This document shows positions 61,857-64,000 of a stretch of 64,000 bases of DNA, piece by piece. The stretch comes from Podarcis muralis (lineage: Eukaryota), in assembly GCF_964188315.1 (NCBI RefSeq), contig NC_135662.1, positions 38,936,001-39,000,000 on the forward strand, written 5' to 3'. Each line of letters starts with the position of its first letter. The first letter of the stretch is position 1. The position numbers and the translations under genes were made by a program. The notes beneath the pieces are model-generated. The model worked only from the letters and a program-made list of their open reading frames with translations, ran no database searches and was not told the DNA's origin.

Positions 61857-62346
61857 GTGAGTGAAGTATGTAGACTACAAATTCTTTATACCGGGGTGGG
61901 GGGGCTTTAGGTCTGGGGGCCAAATGCAACCCTCTGGGCCTCTGTGGCTCTCTGGACTTTCCTCAGGCCACATTTTCCACTGGCACTACCTCACACCCTC
62001 CTTGACTGTTTTTGCCCGACAAAAGTTTGCACTTGAAGACTGAAAATGCCTTCTGCTTTCCTAGATATAAGAGGTGTGTATACAGAAACTAGCTATTGTG
62101 CAAAGGTAAAAATTTACATCCAGCAGTCCATCCACATGAAACTAGGATGATGTCTGAACCCTCCTCAGTATGCTATGTCATCTTCTTGATACAGAACTGT
62201 AAAGATGCTAGCAAAATGTGGCGGGAAATGACAGTAGGGTCAGTCAAAATATAGAGGGAGTGCCACTTCACAGAGAATTCCATCACTACCTTTTTAATTC
62301 ATGGCTATCAGGGTCTGACACCGTTTTGTTTTGCTTTTCTTTCCAG

Positions 62347-62525
62347 AATCTTCTTGAAAAGTCTACTGAAAGAGAAACTCGCCAGGAGTATGCTCTTGCC
62401 ATGATCCAGTGCAAAGTTCTGAAGCAGCTGGAGAACTTGGAACAACAGAAATATGATGATGAAGACATAAGTGAGGATATAAAGTTTCTGTTGGACAAAC
62501 TTGGAGAGAGTGTGCAGGACCTCAG
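62347..62525 (+). CDS. ATP6V1H: ATP6V1H exon 10 (NLLEKSTERETRQEYALAMIQC...GESVQDL)
   Basis: ttccag| ... AG|gtaaat; 179 nt. Confidence 0.98.
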
Positions 62526-63579
62526 GTAAATTTTGTCTTCGGTGTCTAATGTTCAAATTGATACAAGGAGGGTCCTCCTTGGGGTATAGGCTCCCCACCG
62601 AAGCACCTGTCAAGATCAAATAGAGGCCTAGTTATTAGAATGATAGCTTATCTAGTGATTGTTTTCTGCAATGCTGTAGATTCCAAAGACAGTATGAAGG
62701 AAGTAACTGTAAGACCAAGCAGGCTTTTCTTTTTTTAAAACCAACTTCACATGATTTGTACCTTGGGATGGTATCAGATTCAAGTAATCATAAAACTACA
62801 AAATAGTTATCATTTGTCATTACCATAAGTAGGCTTTATTTACACCTCATTTGGGAGTACCTCATCATCTTATATAATATCAAAATTAAGTACCAAAACA
62901 GAGTGCTTTAAGTGCTGAAGGAGCTGTGTTTTAAAAAAATCAACAGACACGGCATGTAATTATTAATAATAATAATAATTAATGGAAATCAGAATTGCCA
63001 TACCTTCAAAAATAAAAGAAAACAGCTTTGTGGTTTTATATTTGGCTAAGCACCAAACTGTTGTTGTCCTAGGTTATTAGAAAATGACCATGCACATACG
63101 TAGTTAAAAGATTCTAACGGCTAGATTCCCATTTTCCAAAGCTGGTTGTGTGACCTGGGAGAGGAGCACATGTTAATCTGAGTAAGGAATGTTTTCCCTA
63201 TTATGGCAACTTCCTGGAAGCAAACTCCAAATTGGATCTGAATGTCCTAGGCTACAATCCTATCCTTGTAATGCAAAACTGTCAGCAGCGAAGAAAAATC
63301 TGGAAAAATTGACTCCTTTAGCTTCAGTCTGGCCAAATTAGAATTCATGGTAAATAGGCCACGTTCATCCCAATGAAAATATGCTGCCATTTGTAAATTG
63401 TACTTCCATCTTTATAAGTGTTCATACTTATGCTTGTAAGTGCCACTTACAATTTTTGTAAAATGCTTTACAAAGAATCCTAAGTGCAGTGGGAGGTTTG
63501 GATGTGCTGTTTGCTTTCATATATTGTCCTTGTGCATCAGATTTATTCCTCATTCTCTTATGTTCGGTTTATTTTGCAG

Positions 63580-63705
63580 TTCGTTTGATGAATATAGTTC
63601 TGAGCTTAAGTCGGGGAGACTAGAGTGGAGCCCTGTTCACAAATCTGAGAAATTTTGGAGAGAGAATGCTGTGAGATTAAATGAAAAGAATTATGAACTG
63701 TTGAA
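63580..63705 (+). CDS. ATP6V1H: ATP6V1H exon 11 ([41 protein letters not shown]); gene continues beyond the window
   Basis: ttgcag| ... AA|gtaagt; 126 nt. Confidence 0.98.
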
Positions 63706-64000
63706 GTAAGTTCTTCTGATATATCCCTGCTTCAGTTGAATTGTTGTGTTGCTCAGAGTAACCAAAGTTTCATTTAGGGTATCTGCATAAGGTTATAATA
63801 CCATTTTCAATAAAAGGTTCCCGTAAATGTCCCAAGTGAGCACAGTGAGAGAGAGAAAAAAACTTTGTTGCTTTGTATGGTATGGAAACTAAATTGGGAG
63901 GCTTAGCTCAGGGGGCTGTATCCAGGTCCCATTAATGCCTGCACAACAGGACTTCCACTGCTTCTTCCTGCAGCCCCCCCCCCCCAATCTGTTCTGGGTG

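Noticed and set aside
1-64000. CRISPR arrays, rRNA genes or intact autonomous transposons
   Set aside because: None seen. The window is eukaryotic, and all LINE ORFs are truncated or frameshifted with no transposase ORF.

Overview
Vertebrate genomic DNA, most likely from a lacertid lizard, inferred from the Sauria SINEs and the L2/CR1/L1/hAT/Tc1 repeat landscape. Two genes are arranged head-to-head, the same synteny as human 8q11. (1) The 5' part of RGS20 lies on the minus strand. It includes the cysteine-string exon (207-355), a CpG-island first exon for the short isoform (12258-12362), and two inferred long-isoform exons (14946-15254 and 32695-32805) that join in phase 0. (2) ATP6V1H lies on the plus strand, with a non-coding exon 1 ending at 38767 and ten coding exons (43624-63705); it continues beyond the window. 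The most unusual element is a ~770-bp non-autonomous hAT-type DNA transposon (811-1583) inside an RGS20 intron. It carries a captured, unprocessed first exon of sepiapterin reductase (SPR) with its splice donor. A 1-nt deletion leaves the captured ATG-to-donor ORF open and in phase with the next RGS20 exon. A second hAT element with CpG-island-like cargo sits in ATP6V1H intron 1. Together these suggest Pack-MULE-like gene-fragment capture by lizard hAT elements. All homology calls come from remembered protein sequences and were not checked by database search.
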